43,179 nucleotides of DNA. Origin: a virus. Lineage: Duplodnaviria > Heunggongvirae > Uroviricota > Caudoviricetes. Location: positions 1-43,179 of IMG/VR virus record IMGVR_UViG_2561511241_000008, one strand, 5' to 3'. Below the pieces are notes generated by a model. The model saw only the letters and a list, made by a program, of their open reading frames with translations. It was not told the origin of the DNA and made no database searches. Made by a program: the position numbers and the translations under genes. Positions 8,563 to 20,043 of this stretch are shown one piece after another (the first letter of the stretch is position 1; each line of letters opens with the position of its first letter).

Positions 8563-10719
8563 TTACTCCTGTGCCATTCCGCTTAGCGATGCCACAATTC
8601 CAGATCTTGCTAAACGCTGGAACTCTTCGTTTCCTAGTGCCTCGCGTATTGCTTTTACGGCGGCCTTATTTGCCATAAATCTGCGTTCCGCCGCCGCTAA
8701 TGCACCATCACTTGCCCCAACCTTAACTGCCTTTGTTGCCTCTTGAACAGCCTTTTCAATAGCGTAACGACCACTGCGGGATGCAGCTAACTTTTCTATC
8801 GTCCCTTTAGCTATAGATCCAGAAACAGCCCCTACAACACCGCCAACAATCCCTCCACCAGTAGTACCAACAATAGCCCCTGATGTTGAATTGCCTATTG
8901 CATTGAGAACTGTCATGACAGCTTTTGGCAGTCCTTGCTCAAGAGAGTTAATTGCCGGTATAGAGCGCCCCGTATGCTCTACATATCGCAGTGGTCTGGT
9001 TGCTGCTCTGGCAAGGTCGCTGTATGCCCTAGCAATCTTACCCATTTCTGGCGAGTGCCTACTAATGGCAGTAATGTTCTGCGGCGTAAGGATCGACGCT
9101 ATATGGAATACGCCAGCAGACTCTGATTTACCGCCACGCACCCCTTGCGATACCGCATCTTGTAATATTGATGCAATTGCAGGAGATCGCTCAGACTCTG
9201 GCAGCGCGCCAATAATCTGATGAAAATTTCCTGTCCCACTTTTTGATGAATTTTGCAAGGCTTTAATACCATCAGTGACTAACTGATCAGTTGCAAGGTT
9301 TCTAAACGCTGCTTCAGCCTGTTCTTGTGCTGTAAATCTTGCTTTTGACAGATCATTAGCTTTTTGCCAGTCATCAAGAAAACCGCCATTTTGAGCCATT
9401 ATGCGCATATCTTCCGTTGCTGCATCACGAAGCTCCGCCATGCGCCTTGCCGTATTTGCCTCACCAGACCTTATATACTTCTGCTCAGCGTCAGCAAGTT
9501 TACTTCGCCATGCCTTCATGGCATCAAACGTGATTCCTTTTTTACCAGTTTTAGCATAAGCAGATGCAAATTGTTTCATCTCAGGAGTTAGCGGCATACC
9601 AGCCAAAATATCACCCTGAATTGTAGCGTTCAGGTTTGACATTCTGGCCTTTGCGTCAGGCATCGTGGAGCGGACGCTATCCCATGCTTCCTTTTCTGAG
9701 TTCTTCATTTTATCAATACTTGCTAAAACCCTTTGTTTTATGGCTGCACTTTTTTCTGATGCAGATCCAGCCTCAGCACCAAGTTCATCAAGTGCTGAGT
9801 GGAATTTCGACTGTATTTCACTAAACGCCCTAGTATGTGCATCCTGAACAATTCCTGGTTCGGATGCCAATATCCCTTCAGCTTGTGCAATTCCACGACT
9901 TCCAGATCGCATTCCTGGTGTTAATGCGTTTATATCAATTCCAGCAGACTCAGCCGCTTTTGCTACATCTTCGGACACATTAGCGGCCTGACTGGCAATT
10001 GACTGACGCCCGGCACCTGACTTTGCCATCCTGGAAACATCATTAGCAGAATTCAGTGCTGCACCACCAAGAGCCTGTGAAACCCTTGGCGCAATAACGC
10101 GCCCGACACCTGAAAGAACGCCTTGAGCACCAATATTGATACCACCGTTAATGGCAGCATTTTGTGCAAAATCACCCTCCTGATTTGCAGCATCAGCAAG
10201 AGAACCGGCAATCATGTTTCCTGCGGAACCGATATCTCCAGCGAGCTTTGCTGTCGCTCCAGCAGCTTTTGCCGCTGTGCCAATTGGCAGGAGATACCCA
10301 CCAATTGTTTCACCGGCTTGCGCGTAAGGATCTGTCGGTCGGTCGACTGGACGATAGACATCATCCAATACTTTTGGCCCACCAAGCCCCTGACTGATTG
10401 CATTAATCAGGCTTGCGCCACCCTGCAATACGTCAAATGGTATGTTTACCAGACCACGACCAGCCTGTTCTGCAATTTGCCCTGCACTTTGACCACCTGT
10501 GAGCCAATCGCCAGCTTGTTGCATCAATGATGGTTCTTCTTTCTGCTGCTGAGGCGGAGGGTATGCTGCATAAAACTGATCTCTTGCTTCAGCCCATTTG
10601 TCACCAGCCTTAGGGGCAACAACCTCATCAAAATATTGCGCTTGAGCCTGTGCTTTCTGTTCTTCAGTTAACGCCTGATACTGTGGAGAGGCGATAACAT
10701 CTTTCCATGCTTTAGCCAT
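8563..10719 (-). CDS. Ejection (injection) protein, P22 gp16-like
   Basis: 718 aa, Gly/Ala-rich; last gene in P22-order 4-10-26-14-7-20-16. Confidence 0.75.
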   Translation of the reverse strand: MAKAWKDVIASPQYQALTEEQKAQAQAQYFDEVVAPKAGDKWAEARDQFYAAYPPPQQQKEEPSLMQQAGDWLTGGQSAGQIAEQAGRGLVNIPFDVLQGGASLINAISQGLGGPKVLDDVYRPVDRPTDPYAQAGETIGGYLLPIGTAAKAAGATAKLAGDIGSAGNMIAGSLADAANQEGDFAQNAAINGGINIGAQGVLSGVGRVIAPRVSQALGGAALNSANDVSRMAKSGAGRQSIASQAANVSEDVAKAAESAGIDINALTPGMRSGSRGIAQAEGILASEPGIVQDAHTRAFSEIQSKFHSALDELGAEAGSASEKSAAIKQRVLASIDKMKNSEKEAWDSVRSTMPDAKARMSNLNATIQGDILAGMPLTPEMKQFASAYAKTGKKGITFDAMKAWRSKLADAEQKYIRSGEANTARRMAELRDAATEDMRIMAQNGGFLDDWQKANDLSKARFTAQEQAEAAFRNLATDQLVTDGIKALQNSSKSGTGNFHQIIGALPESERSPAIASILQDAVSQGVRGGKSESAGVFHIASILTPQNITAISRHSPEMGKIARAYSDLARAATRPLRYVEHTGRSIPAINSLEQGLPKAVMTVLNAIGNSTSGAIVGTTGGGIVGGVVGAVSGSIAKGTIEKLAASRSGRYAIEKAVQEATKAVKVGASDGALAAAERRFMANKAAVKAIREALGNEEFQRLARSGIVASLSGMAQE

Positions 10720-12068
10720 TAATCACCCCATAAAGACGAGAAACCGGACTTATTGCTGTCGCTTCCTGATTTTCGCTCACTAACATATGTGTCATAACCT
10801 GATGAACTATATCCCATTGATTCAGCCTCCCTTGCTGCAACCTTTTGAAATACAGAATATTGCGATCGGATTTCAGATAACTGTTTTCTGACGACCTCTT
10901 CAGGCTGTGTTATATCGAGTTTCGCGATCAGGTTTTCCAGTTTTTGGCCTTCAGCATTGGAGAGGCTACCCATACCTCGCATAGTCTGCACGTTCTGGAC
11001 AAACGCACCCGACTTTAATTCTTCTATCGCATTACGGTTTGCAAGCCCTTCAGCACTTGTGAAGCCATCTATATTTCTTCCTTCGAAGCGACCGATACCT
11101 TCAAGCTCCTTCTTACCAAGCAAAGAATCAATTTTCTCTATCCCTCGCTCACCAGTAATCAACGCATTGTTGTAATTATTGTTGCCATCAAGCCATCTCT
11201 TAGCCTGAGACATTCTGGCTGACGTTGCAGCTTTACCGGTTAGAGGATCAATTCCCGTCGCTGCTATCTGTGAGTTAAGAGACAAAACATCCATATCCTG
11301 AAGTTGTCCTGCTCTTTCAAGGGCCGCCTGTGACTGCTTAAACACATACTTGTCGTGATTCAGTCTTGCCATTTGAGCCTTATAGGAAAGATCCTGCCCC
11401 CTAATAGCCCTCGCATTCGTCATGTCATTATTGCGAATGGTTTCGTTAATTCTTTGCTGCTCCTGCTGGCGACCAACCATCTTATCCTGAACAGCAAAAG
11501 CCTTTTCTGGCCCAAGTGCACCGAGAGACATAGTAGTCAGCATGTGTGATAGCTGCTCTGGATTCTGGATACCTGTCTGAATCATCCAGTCAGCATTAGC
11601 ACCAACGCGATTTAACCTGTCCTTGTTGTCAGTAATGAATTTACTGTAGGCTTCCGGTCCCTGAGAAAGAGCGACGTTAGCCCTCATGGCTAAATCGCCC
11701 ATATCGTTGCGTTGCTGCTCATTAAGACCGGAAAATGCCTGTTGTGCCTGTGCAACAAATGCTGGATTTTCCTGGGCAAACTTAAATAGTCCCGATGGAT
11801 CACCAGAAGCCCATGCATCAGCATGAACCTTATTGAACGCATTAATCGTTTTCTGTTGCTGTTCCTGCTTATAAATATCAGCAACTCCAGCCAGACCACG
11901 AAGACCTGTCAGAGCAACGTTATTTGCACCTGATCGAGCCAGTTCATTGTTTTCGCGGATCAGACCAAGCGTTGCGTTAATGTCGCTTGCCTTTGGCGCA
12001 TTCTCGTTTTGCGCACCAATGCCAGCCAGAAAACCACCAGAATTAATACCCTGTTGCCACGTAGCCAT
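10719..12068 (-). CDS. Ejection protein, P22 gp20-like
   Basis: 449 aa; synteny. Confidence 0.75.
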   Translation of the reverse strand: MATWQQGINSGGFLAGIGAQNENAPKASDINATLGLIRENNELARSGANNVALTGLRGLAGVADIYKQEQQQKTINAFNKVHADAWASGDPSGLFKFAQENPAFVAQAQQAFSGLNEQQRNDMGDLAMRANVALSQGPEAYSKFITDNKDRLNRVGANADWMIQTGIQNPEQLSHMLTTMSLGALGPEKAFAVQDKMVGRQQEQQRINETIRNNDMTNARAIRGQDLSYKAQMARLNHDKYVFKQSQAALERAGQLQDMDVLSLNSQIAATGIDPLTGKAATSARMSQAKRWLDGNNNYNNALITGERGIEKIDSLLGKKELEGIGRFEGRNIDGFTSAEGLANRNAIEELKSGAFVQNVQTMRGMGSLSNAEGQKLENLIAKLDITQPEEVVRKQLSEIRSQYSVFQKVAAREAESMGYSSSGYDTYVSERKSGSDSNKSGFSSLWGD

Positions 12069-12078
12069 TGATTACCCC

Positions 12079-12750
12079 TTAAAACAGTGAACCAAGCAGA
12101 CCAAGACCAGCACCGATACCAGCACCCCACGGAGTTGATAGCGCGAGAGCACTGGCTATGCCACCACCCAAAAGCGCACCGGATGCAGCACCACTAACCC
12201 CCTGCTGCAATGCTGACGGTCGGTTGGCATTTGCCGCAGCCAGCGCCGCGCTTTGCTGTGAAATCTGACTCATGTTGTTGGCATATGTTTGCCCGGCGTT
12301 TGCCTGCCCCTGAAGAGCGCCAAGACCGATATTTGCCAGGTTGTTGTAATTGTTCATTTGTCCAGATAGCCATTGCTGACCAAGCGTTGGTGCGATTGTT
12401 GCTAACTGATTACTGGTTGCGGTGGAACCCAATCCACCTGTTGCTTCCGCTGCCGCAAGACTCTGATAGCGAGCCTGACCTGAAAGGTCTTTATACTGCT
12501 GAGAGTTGTAATACTGGTTAAGTGCCTGACCTTGCCCTTCCAGAGACGATAAGTTCTCGAGGCTGCCGACATACTTATCAGCCAGAGGAGTAAACGGCTT
12601 CAGGTTGTTCATGATGGTGTTGAACTGCTTATTTTGCAGGTCTGCGGCATACTTTGCACTTTTATCAGAACTGCCACCTTTCCCGCCTTTTTCAGGGTAA
12701 TAAGGTTCCTCGCCGCGCAGTTTTCTGCCCAGCTTAAATGCATATAACAT
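12079..12750 (-). CDS. Ejection protein, P22 gp7-like
   Basis: 223 aa, Gly-rich hydrophobic C-terminus; synteny. Confidence 0.7.
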   Translation of the reverse strand: MLYAFKLGRKLRGEEPYYPEKGGKGGSSDKSAKYAADLQNKQFNTIMNNLKPFTPLADKYVGSLENLSSLEGQGQALNQYYNSQQYKDLSGQARYQSLAAAEATGGLGSTATSNQLATIAPTLGQQWLSGQMNNYNNLANIGLGALQGQANAGQTYANNMSQISQQSAALAAANANRPSALQQGVSGAASGALLGGGIASALALSTPWGAGIGAGLGLLGSLF

Positions 12751-12752
12751 GG

Positions 12753-13208
12753 CTATCTCCCGTGATTCAGGAAGTCGATTAGTTCTTCGCGTGTGGCGCT
12801 GTAAAAAGTCACGTCATCCACGCCTTTGAAGTATTTCTTGATGGTTCCTACACGCTTAAGGCCAATCATTGCGCAGTACATCTGCCCGTGGCGGAATTTG
12901 CGTGCAGCGAACGATGTGACGCACTGAACGTTGGTGTTAGTCAGAATGTATCGCCAGAACGCCAGCCCGATTTCCTTGCTGAAGCCGCGAATCTCTGGCA
13001 GGTACATGGCGTGGCAATCGAATGTCAGCGGCTGAATCTCCTGATAGTAAACAATGCCGCCGAACTGCCCGTGCACGTTCACCTCAAAGTAACGGCAATC
13101 ATGTTTATAGTCGTATCCATCACCGTTGTTGCTCCCGGCAATAATGTCAGGGTGATTTCCGACTGCTTCGATCAAGTCGATGTTTCGCGTTGGTTTGAAC
13201 TGAATCAT
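12753..13208 (-). CDS. P22 gp14-like virion protein
   Basis: 151 aa; synteny between needle and gp7-like. Confidence 0.65.
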   Translation of the reverse strand: MIQFKPTRNIDLIEAVGNHPDIIAGSNNGDGYDYKHDCRYFEVNVHGQFGGIVYYQEIQPLTFDCHAMYLPEIRGFSKEIGLAFWRYILTNTNVQCVTSFAARKFRHGQMYCAMIGLKRVGTIKKYFKGVDDVTFYSATREELIDFLNHGR

Positions 13209-14161
13209 TACTGCTCCGCGATTATCTTGATGGTTGTGGCAGTAAACGCCGCCCCATTTGACTGAATAGTTAACGTACTGCCATTTGTGGCAAGAAAGCC
13301 GTCTTTATCCACGCTGAAGAACGTAGCTAACAGGATGTTGTCGGTTGTTGTCGCCGCATTACGACTGCTGACCAGTGTGTCAGGAACAGAGCCGGAAAAG
13401 GTTAGCTGCATTGACCTGTTTGCGGTTCCGCTGGGCCACGTCCCGACAATCGACAGCTTGATGAACAAGGTTTTGTTCTCGTTGAACACAACCATCTTGT
13501 TGTTAACGGTGTCGAAGAATGGTGCCAACGTGCCGGATGACGGCGTGAGCGTTTTCAGCAGGCTAACAAGGTTGGTCGGCGCTGTCGGGATGGTTACAGA
13601 TACTCCTGAGTAAACAACCTCTGATTTCTTGCGCGTGATGGCATACTCAAGCGCAGATATTCTTGTTGAGTGATCACCAACTGTGCCTTGTAGCGTCGAA
13701 ATACTTCCCTCTGCCGCTGTGAGCCTGGTATCAAGTGCGTCGATATCGGTTGTATTCTGAGTTATGAGCGCATCATGGTTTGCTAACTCAGATTCATTGG
13801 CAGCAATTCGCGTCTCGTGATCAGCCAGCTCTGTTTCAGCAGCCGTAATCCTTGTTTCATGATCTGCAAGAGTGCTTTCCGCTGCTGCAATTCTATGTTC
13901 ATGATTGATGAGAGTTGCTTCAGCAGCTTCAATTCTGGATTCATGGTCTGCAAGGGTGACATCCTGCTCATCGTTCCTGACCTGTGCATCATAAGCGCCC
14001 TGTCCGGCCTCGTTGGCCTTGTTAGCCACGTTACCAACATCAGTGCCCTGTGCGATAACGTAAAGCAGATACGACTGCGAGAAGATATTGCGTGGAAGGA
14101 TTGATGTATCGAGCCGCGTAGCCTGCACAATAACAGGGGTGTTGAGATTCGAATCAGCCAT
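13208..14161 (-). CDS. Tail needle (P22 gp26-like) with extended C-terminal knob
   Basis: N-terminus [43 protein letters not shown] matches P22 gp26; 317 aa versus roughly 233 aa in P22. Confidence 0.85.
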   Translation of the reverse strand: MADSNLNTPVIVQATRLDTSILPRNIFSQSYLLYVIAQGTDVGNVANKANEAGQGAYDAQVRNDEQDVTLADHESRIEAAEATLINHEHRIAAAESTLADHETRITAAETELADHETRIAANESELANHDALITQNTTDIDALDTRLTAAEGSISTLQGTVGDHSTRISALEYAITRKKSEVVYSGVSVTIPTAPTNLVSLLKTLTPSSGTLAPFFDTVNNKMVVFNENKTLFIKLSIVGTWPSGTANRSMQLTFSGSVPDTLVSSRNAATTTDNILLATFFSVDKDGFLATNGSTLTIQSNGAAFTATTIKIIAEQ

Positions 14162-15579
14162 TACTCGATCCTTATCTGGCAGCCTGACAGAGTGACAGGT
14201 GACTTAGTGATAACGCGCAATTTGAAGCCGACATTTTTCCTGATGCGCCCGACACGCTTCCACAAAACACGTTTGTCGTAAATGAACGGTTCATTCTGCT
14301 CAATCATCTGCTCACGTCCGTAATTGATGCCGTCAGTGGTTGCAGAGAGAAAAAGGCGGTCAGCATACTGCGCAACGCCAGTTGACGACTCAACTTCAAG
14401 GTCGAAAACTCTGGCGTTATCCGCTTTGAACAGTGGAGTAAACAGCAGGTGTTCTTGCTGTAGCCCATACTGGCTGCTGATGTCGAACTGCAATTTGCCG
14501 GTAACCGATTCCAGCTTATCTCCGCACGTTATCTGATTGCCTTCGTAAATGAAGTCAATAGCGCGGTACACATCGTCATACAGGCCTGTTTTCAGCACAC
14601 ACCATTGCGGACCATTGGCGCTTGAAGATGCGTCGTACACGAGAACATGGCGCGGAAGGTGGATAATCAGCAACTCATGCGCATCAAACCGCAGCGATTC
14701 CATCACGCCATCAGCCAGTTCATCAGCAGTGTAGGAGCGTAGTATTTTCTCAATGCTCGCGCTGGCGATTGGTGATACCTGACCGGAGCCGATGATATAC
14801 ACAGACGGCGCACCTGTTGCCGGATTGCTGATAAACGCATAGGAATCAGCAAACGGCGTTTTGCAGTAAGTTCCGGCGATGCCTTTTTGCACCATCAGCG
14901 ATGGCTGTGCGACATATAAAGCGGCACCAACAGTGGTTGCGCCCGTCAGGGAGAAATATTCAATCGTCGATGAACCAAAGCAGACGATGAAGTCTCGCCA
15001 TGTTCCGATGCCGATGATACCGTCCGGCTGCGATTCTGCGCGATATTGTGCGCTGTAACGGTCAGGATGTGATTCGTCTTCAAGGTCAGTGATAAACCAT
15101 GAATCAGTTCCGTCTTTTGACCACGCATAACGCCCACGTAAGCGCGTAATGTCGCGAACTGAACCTAACTCATACTGCGTGAATCCGCTGTCCGCAGGCC
15201 AGTTTGAGACGGTTTTAACCGTGCCATCATAGCGATACTCGACCAGTTGACCATTAACGCCTACAGCCTGAGATGTCCGACCATGCGCCATTGATACACG
15301 ACCACTTCCGGCAACATCACCGACTTCGCTTTCGCCTTTGTAGAGCTTTCCACCACACACGCGATAAACAGCATTCTGCGCCATGTTGTACTCGACGCCG
15401 CGCGATATACCGTTCACATCAGAACGTTTTGCAATGCCCGGGAATGAGCGAAGATATCCGCTGCTGTTCAGGATTTCTTTGGGTGTAGCCAGCATATTCA
15501 CTGGCAGATAGTCGATATAGTCGGCATTTCGGAAGTCTTTGCCGACACCTTTCATAAGCGGAAGTTGCTGAATCGGCAT
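14161..15579 (-). CDS. Tail hub / head-completion protein, P22 gp10-like
   Basis: 472 aa; synteny. Confidence 0.8.
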   Translation of the reverse strand: MPIQQLPLMKGVGKDFRNADYIDYLPVNMLATPKEILNSSGYLRSFPGIAKRSDVNGISRGVEYNMAQNAVYRVCGGKLYKGESEVGDVAGSGRVSMAHGRTSQAVGVNGQLVEYRYDGTVKTVSNWPADSGFTQYELGSVRDITRLRGRYAWSKDGTDSWFITDLEDESHPDRYSAQYRAESQPDGIIGIGTWRDFIVCFGSSTIEYFSLTGATTVGAALYVAQPSLMVQKGIAGTYCKTPFADSYAFISNPATGAPSVYIIGSGQVSPIASASIEKILRSYTADELADGVMESLRFDAHELLIIHLPRHVLVYDASSSANGPQWCVLKTGLYDDVYRAIDFIYEGNQITCGDKLESVTGKLQFDISSQYGLQQEHLLFTPLFKADNARVFDLEVESSTGVAQYADRLFLSATTDGINYGREQMIEQNEPFIYDKRVLWKRVGRIRKNVGFKLRVITKSPVTLSGCQIRIE

Positions 15580-15588
15580 TTATTCACC

Positions 15589-16050
15589 TCACGTACTCGG
15601 ATCATCTTTCTCGATGTAAAACCGATTCCACGTAAACGCGCTTTTGTTACCACTACCGCGAGGCATGTCATTTCGTCGCTCAAGTGGTGGTATTTTGGTT
15701 AAAGCGATACAGATTGTCTGATATGCACTGTCAGCAGCGGTCAGGAGAGCATCCGACGGCTGAATGACGTTATCCATGCACACTTGCACAGCGAGCTTCA
15801 AAGCGACGCCATCATTTGCCCATGCAGGGATACCTGAATCATCGTCAGGTAACGGCATGATGCCGTTTTCTGTATCCGCAAACTGATATCCAAGCTCGAT
15901 ACCTTTCGCCTGCCATGCTGCCATCATGTCTTCAAGGTCATTAATGGCATCTTCAATTGCCTGAGGGTCAGCATCTGTCAACGTGGCATTGGAATACAGC
16001 CCGGCTTTTCGTAAAGCCTTTAGAACGAGATCACCCTTCGTTTTCGCCAT
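15589..16050 (-). CDS. Tail adaptor / head-completion protein, P22 gp4-like
   Basis: 153 aa; synteny. Confidence 0.75.
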   Translation of the reverse strand: MAKTKGDLVLKALRKAGLYSNATLTDADPQAIEDAINDLEDMMAAWQAKGIELGYQFADTENGIMPLPDDDSGIPAWANDGVALKLAVQVCMDNVIQPSDALLTAADSAYQTICIALTKIPPLERRNDMPRGSGNKSAFTWNRFYIEKDDPST

Positions 16051-16219
16051 CTTCTTCCGCCTTAGCCACTTTTTGCTTCGTTGCGGTTTCTTCAGGAGTT
16101 TTTACCCAGCCTTTTTTCAGGTGAGATTTAACTTCTTCGTCATCAACAATGATGTAATCGACAGCAAACTGACCACAGGTGATCATGTTGCCCGGCTTAT
16201 AGAGCATTGTTCGTGCCAT
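16031..16219 (-). CDS. Hypothetical small protein between coat and gp4-like
   Basis: ORF 16031-16258, internal ATG at 16219 preferred. Confidence 0.35.
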   Translation of the reverse strand: MARTMLYKPGNMITCGQFAVDYIIVDDEEVKSHLKKGWVKTPEETATKQKVAKAEEDGENEG

Positions 16220-16260
16220 TGTCTTCTCCCAATAAAAATGGGGCCGAAGCCCCACCAAAA

Positions 16261-17514
16261 TTACTGCCCGGCAATAACGATGCCCGTATATTCAGGAACA
16301 AGTACAGAGCAACCGTACAGAGTGGTGAAACGAGCAGTGGTTACGCCTTTGATGTGGTCGAAGGCGTAAGACATGATCAGCGTAGCGCCCTGCTCGGTGG
16401 TTGCTGTCATTACCTGTGGACCCTGACCAGTCGGGAACGCTAGTTTGCCGTACATCAGCTCAACAGAACCATCAGCCCAGAACAGGTTAGCAGGTGCTGC
16501 GTTCTTGTTGAGAATGGTGATTGCTGCTGATTCTGCCGGTTTGGCATCGACGTTTGCATATGGACGACTCGCAACATCGGTATTTTCAACAGGGAGAATC
16601 TTTGGAGAGATTGTTACGGTAGTTCCGCTAACAGCCAGAACACGGAATACCTGCGGTTGCCCGGTGGTATCTTTTGTGATCTGGTGTACGGAATTCACAC
16701 CGGCAATGGTGAACGCATCACCAACCTGCAAGCCAGATGCAGATACCGTAATAGTCCCCTGTCGGTTATCAACTGGCATACCATTTGAATCTTTCGCTTC
16801 AACCTTGTGTTCAGGTTGGCCTGATACTGTCAAGGATTCAGCGCTTCCTTTCGGTAATCGACCAGAAATATCGGTCTTGTAGCTATCAAAGGAAGCAACC
16901 GGAGGGATCTGCGCTTTTTCGTATGCTGTCAGGGTTGCGCCCTGAGCGTAGGCACGGTGACCAAGCTCGCCAGCAAGGTCTTTGTAGTTGAAGGGGTTCC
17001 AGAAAGAGCGACGGTTGATACCCTGCGGTACACCAATCGCCGTCATGGTGGCATCAATACCTGCCGCACAGTTCCACAAATCACGGCCCTGTGTACCTGT
17101 GGTTGAGTCAGACATTGTGATCACGTTAGTAGCACGCTGCGTAACCATGGAAATCAGGTCAGAGTCAATCTGTGCAGCAAGGCGCATACCTGCGGCGCGA
17201 CCAGCTTCAGTTTTATGCTCAGGGTCACGCATTTCACGCGCATCCAGAGTGTACAGAATGTTTTTCGGCTCCTTGAACACAGAAGGAACAAGGCGCTGAA
17301 CCAGTGCTGTAGGCGTTTTGCTGCTGAGATCGAGGCCTTCCTCAATGTTCATGTGGTAATGCTGCGGACGATACAGAACATCACCTGCTCGCTGCATTGC
17401 TGTATCACCGGGACGGAATTTTTTAGCGTTACGGGAAACTACGCAGGCGGCCTCAAAGCCTTCAACGTAGTTTTCGAACATGATTTCAAGGTTTTTTGCT
17501 AATTGGTTAGCCAT
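16261..17514 (-). CDS. Major coat protein (P22 gp5-like)
   Basis: 417 aa; C-terminal region resembles P22 coat; synteny. Confidence 0.85.
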   Translation of the reverse strand: MANQLAKNLEIMFENYVEGFEAACVVSRNAKKFRPGDTAMQRAGDVLYRPQHYHMNIEEGLDLSSKTPTALVQRLVPSVFKEPKNILYTLDAREMRDPEHKTEAGRAAGMRLAAQIDSDLISMVTQRATNVITMSDSTTGTQGRDLWNCAAGIDATMTAIGVPQGINRRSFWNPFNYKDLAGELGHRAYAQGATLTAYEKAQIPPVASFDSYKTDISGRLPKGSAESLTVSGQPEHKVEAKDSNGMPVDNRQGTITVSASGLQVGDAFTIAGVNSVHQITKDTTGQPQVFRVLAVSGTTVTISPKILPVENTDVASRPYANVDAKPAESAAITILNKNAAPANLFWADGSVELMYGKLAFPTGQGPQVMTATTEQGATLIMSYAFDHIKGVTTARFTTLYGCSVLVPEYTGIVIAGQ

Positions 17515-17532
17515 GCTTAATGCTCCGATAGG

Positions 17533-18426
17533 TTATTTTTTTGCCTTTTTAGCGGCGAAATACGGCGTCCAGTCACCAGTTTCCAGCGCCCTGGCTTTCA
17601 ATTTGTCGAGGTTGTTGATTACTGCGCCGTTGCTCCCCTTAACTGTCGGGGTTGTGGCTGCCGTGGTTTTTGCTTTTGGCATGATTCTGGCCTTCGATTC
17701 GATACGTTCCAGCAGACGACCAATTGCTACGGGGTTTGTAGCTTCTGCCAGTTGCTTGCGCAGTTCAGCGTTGCGGCCGAGTGCCAGAACAACGATTTCC
17801 GGCTTCTCTGACTCAAACAGGATCGCGTTTTGTGTCTCGATGGGAACTTCCTCGAGTACGGCCTGCTCAGCTTCCTGATAGCCAGGAACTTTGAGAGCCT
17901 TAACACGTTGCTGATATTTGGATAATCGCTCTTGATAGGCAGCCTGAAGCTCCTGCTCCTTCTGCTTGCGAGCCATCTCCTGTTGCTGGTACTTGCCGTT
18001 ATCCTCTGCCCACTTAGCCATGCGTTGCTGGTAGATTTCTTCATCGAAACCGATGTCCTCATCATCCAGTTTTGGCATTCGCGGTGGTTGAGTGATTACC
18101 GGCTGCTGCTCGACGGGTTTCTGAGACTGACGCATCAGCTCTTTCAGCTCGCGGTATTTCTCTTTAATCGTCTTGCGCAGGTGTTTTACCAGTCCATGCT
18201 CTGCGCCATCTTCGCTGGTTGGCGAATCCAGCTTTTCGTCACCAAAGTAGAATTCCTGTTCTGATTCGTCGTCATCAGTTTCAGTAGCTTCCTCTGCATC
18301 ATTGCCGGAGGACTCACTGCCATCTTCTGTTTCGACTTCTTCAGCCAGTTCGACATCATCAGGAATCTGCTCTGACGCGTCGGTTTCGATTTCAACTTCT
18401 GGTGTGTTTTCTGCCATCTGGTCCAT
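17533..18426 (-). CDS. Scaffolding protein (P22 gp8-like)
   Basis: 297 aa, acidic N-terminus, coiled-coil, basic C-terminus. Confidence 0.8.
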   Translation of the reverse strand: MDQMAENTPEVEIETDASEQIPDDVELAEEVETEDGSESSGNDAEEATETDDDESEQEFYFGDEKLDSPTSEDGAEHGLVKHLRKTIKEKYRELKELMRQSQKPVEQQPVITQPPRMPKLDDEDIGFDEEIYQQRMAKWAEDNGKYQQQEMARKQKEQELQAAYQERLSKYQQRVKALKVPGYQEAEQAVLEEVPIETQNAILFESEKPEIVVLALGRNAELRKQLAEATNPVAIGRLLERIESKARIMPKAKTTAATTPTVKGSNGAVINNLDKLKARALETGDWTPYFAAKKAKK

Positions 18427-18516
18427 TTGTTACCCCTGTTTACTCGATGTTCAGCCCATCGGAAGGCAATAGGGTGCCAGGCCTCATAAAGACAGCCATT
18501 GCACGTTATGGGTTAA

Positions 18517-18735
18517 TTACTGCTGTGGTTGTTGCTGAGTTGATTTTTGCAGGATGCTGCTGATGTCCATGCGCTGCGCATGGCCTTGCGCCTGACTTTT
18601 CAGGACAAGCTCTGCATCAGCACGGGCATTATCTCCTTGCTGTTGCTGGAACTGTCCGAGCAGTTTCAGCGCCTCACGGATATCAGATTTTTGCTGGCTA
18701 TCGGCAGATGCGAGGATTTTCACAACATTTGCCGC
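18517..18735 (-). pseudogene. Portal protein C-terminal fragment displaced by IS insertion
   Basis: in-frame continuation AANVVKILASADSQQKSDIREALKLLGQFQQ... aligns with recalled P22 portal C-terminus. Confidence 0.75.
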
Positions 18736-18777
18736 TGAACCGCCCCGGGTTTCCTGGAGAGTGTTTTATCTGTGAAC

Positions 18778-19668
18778 TCAGGCTGCCAGATCATTGTTTC
18801 CGATGGAAGCATAATAAGCTTTTTCTGCTTCTGCCGGAGGAGTATGGCCCAGCCTTCCCAGCAATCGTCGATTGTTATACCAGTCCACCCACGTTAGTGT
18901 GGCCAGTTCCACTTCTGCACGGTTTTTCCAGCTCTTACGGTGTATTACCTCCGCTTTGTAAAGACCATTGATGCTCTCAGCCATCGCGTTGTCATACGAG
19001 TCGCCTGTACTCCCTGTTGATGCCAGTAATCCGGCTTCTTTTAGTCGCTCCGTATAGGCCAGTGACACATACTGAGAGCCTTTATCGCTGTAATGGATGG
19101 TGCCAGACGGACGACGGGCCCACAACGCCTGCTCCAGCGCATCCAGCACGAATGTCGTTTCCATAGACGATGAGACCCGCCCCCCCACGATGTATCCGGC
19201 AAACACATCAATGATAAACGCCACATAGACGAAGCCCTGCCATGTGCTGACGTAAGTAAAATCAGCCACCCACAGCTGGTCAGGACGTTCTGCCACGAAC
19301 TGACGGTTTACGCGGTCACCTGTGGCAACGGTTTTCCGGCTGACGGTAGTGCGGACCTTTTTACCCCGGAGAACACCGGCAAGTCCCATAACCGCCATGA
19401 GGCGCGCCACTGTACATCTGGCCACCCTGATTCCTTCCCGTAACAACTGACGCCAGACTTTACGCACACCGTACACCTGATGATTTTCATCGTATACGCG
19501 CTGTATCTCTCTCTTCAGCCAGTCATCGTGCTGCGCACGGGCACTGCGTTTATCCGGATGATGTCGCTGTTGCTGACAATGGTAATACGTTGACGGGGCA
19601 ATATGCAGTTCGCTGCATACCGGTCCGACCCCGTACTGCTCACGCAGCTTATCCAGCAGTGGCATCAT
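18778..19668 (-). CDS. IS3-family transposase OrfB (DDE catalytic domain)
   Basis: 296 aa with IS3-type motifs; ATGATG start overlapping orfA-frame end. Confidence 0.85.
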   Translation of the reverse strand: MMPLLDKLREQYGVGPVCSELHIAPSTYYHCQQQRHHPDKRSARAQHDDWLKREIQRVYDENHQVYGVRKVWRQLLREGIRVARCTVARLMAVMGLAGVLRGKKVRTTVSRKTVATGDRVNRQFVAERPDQLWVADFTYVSTWQGFVYVAFIIDVFAGYIVGGRVSSSMETTFVLDALEQALWARRPSGTIHYSDKGSQYVSLAYTERLKEAGLLASTGSTGDSYDNAMAESINGLYKAEVIHRKSWKNRAEVELATLTWVDWYNNRRLLGRLGHTPPAEAEKAYYASIGNNDLAA

Positions 19669-19746
19669 TTTTTCCAGAGGCGGTCGAACTCCGCCTTCGC
19701 AAAATAAGCGGAAGCCTGGCGAAGGATATCGTTACTGCGGCGCAGT

Positions 19747-19992
19747 TCACGATTTTTCACGTTCCAGCTCTTTCAGACGCTGACGTTCAGCGCTGGTGAG
19801 CCCACCATCACCGCCCCCGGTATCCCGCTCATGCTGGCGAACCCAGACACGCAGAGTCTCCGGCGTACAGCCAATCTTTGGGGCAATGGAACAAATTGCC
19901 GCCCACTGTGAGTCATATTCATCCTGACTTTCCAGAACCATACGAATCGCCCGCTGACGGACTTCGGGGGAAAAACGAGTATTTTTAGTCAT
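19747..19992 (-). CDS. IS3-family OrfA (helix-turn-helix), apparently truncated
   Basis: [21 protein letters not shown]... IS629-type OrfA N-terminus; ORF stops at 19747 while the OrfA-like tail continues in another frame. Confidence 0.75.
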   Translation of the reverse strand: MTKNTRFSPEVRQRAIRMVLESQDEYDSQWAAICSIAPKIGCTPETLRVWVRQHERDTGGGDGGLTSAERQRLKELEREKS

Positions 19993-20043
19993 CCTGTTTA
20001 CCTCTTTCTCAGGGAGTTTAGTCTCCAGGATTTCCGGGGCGGT

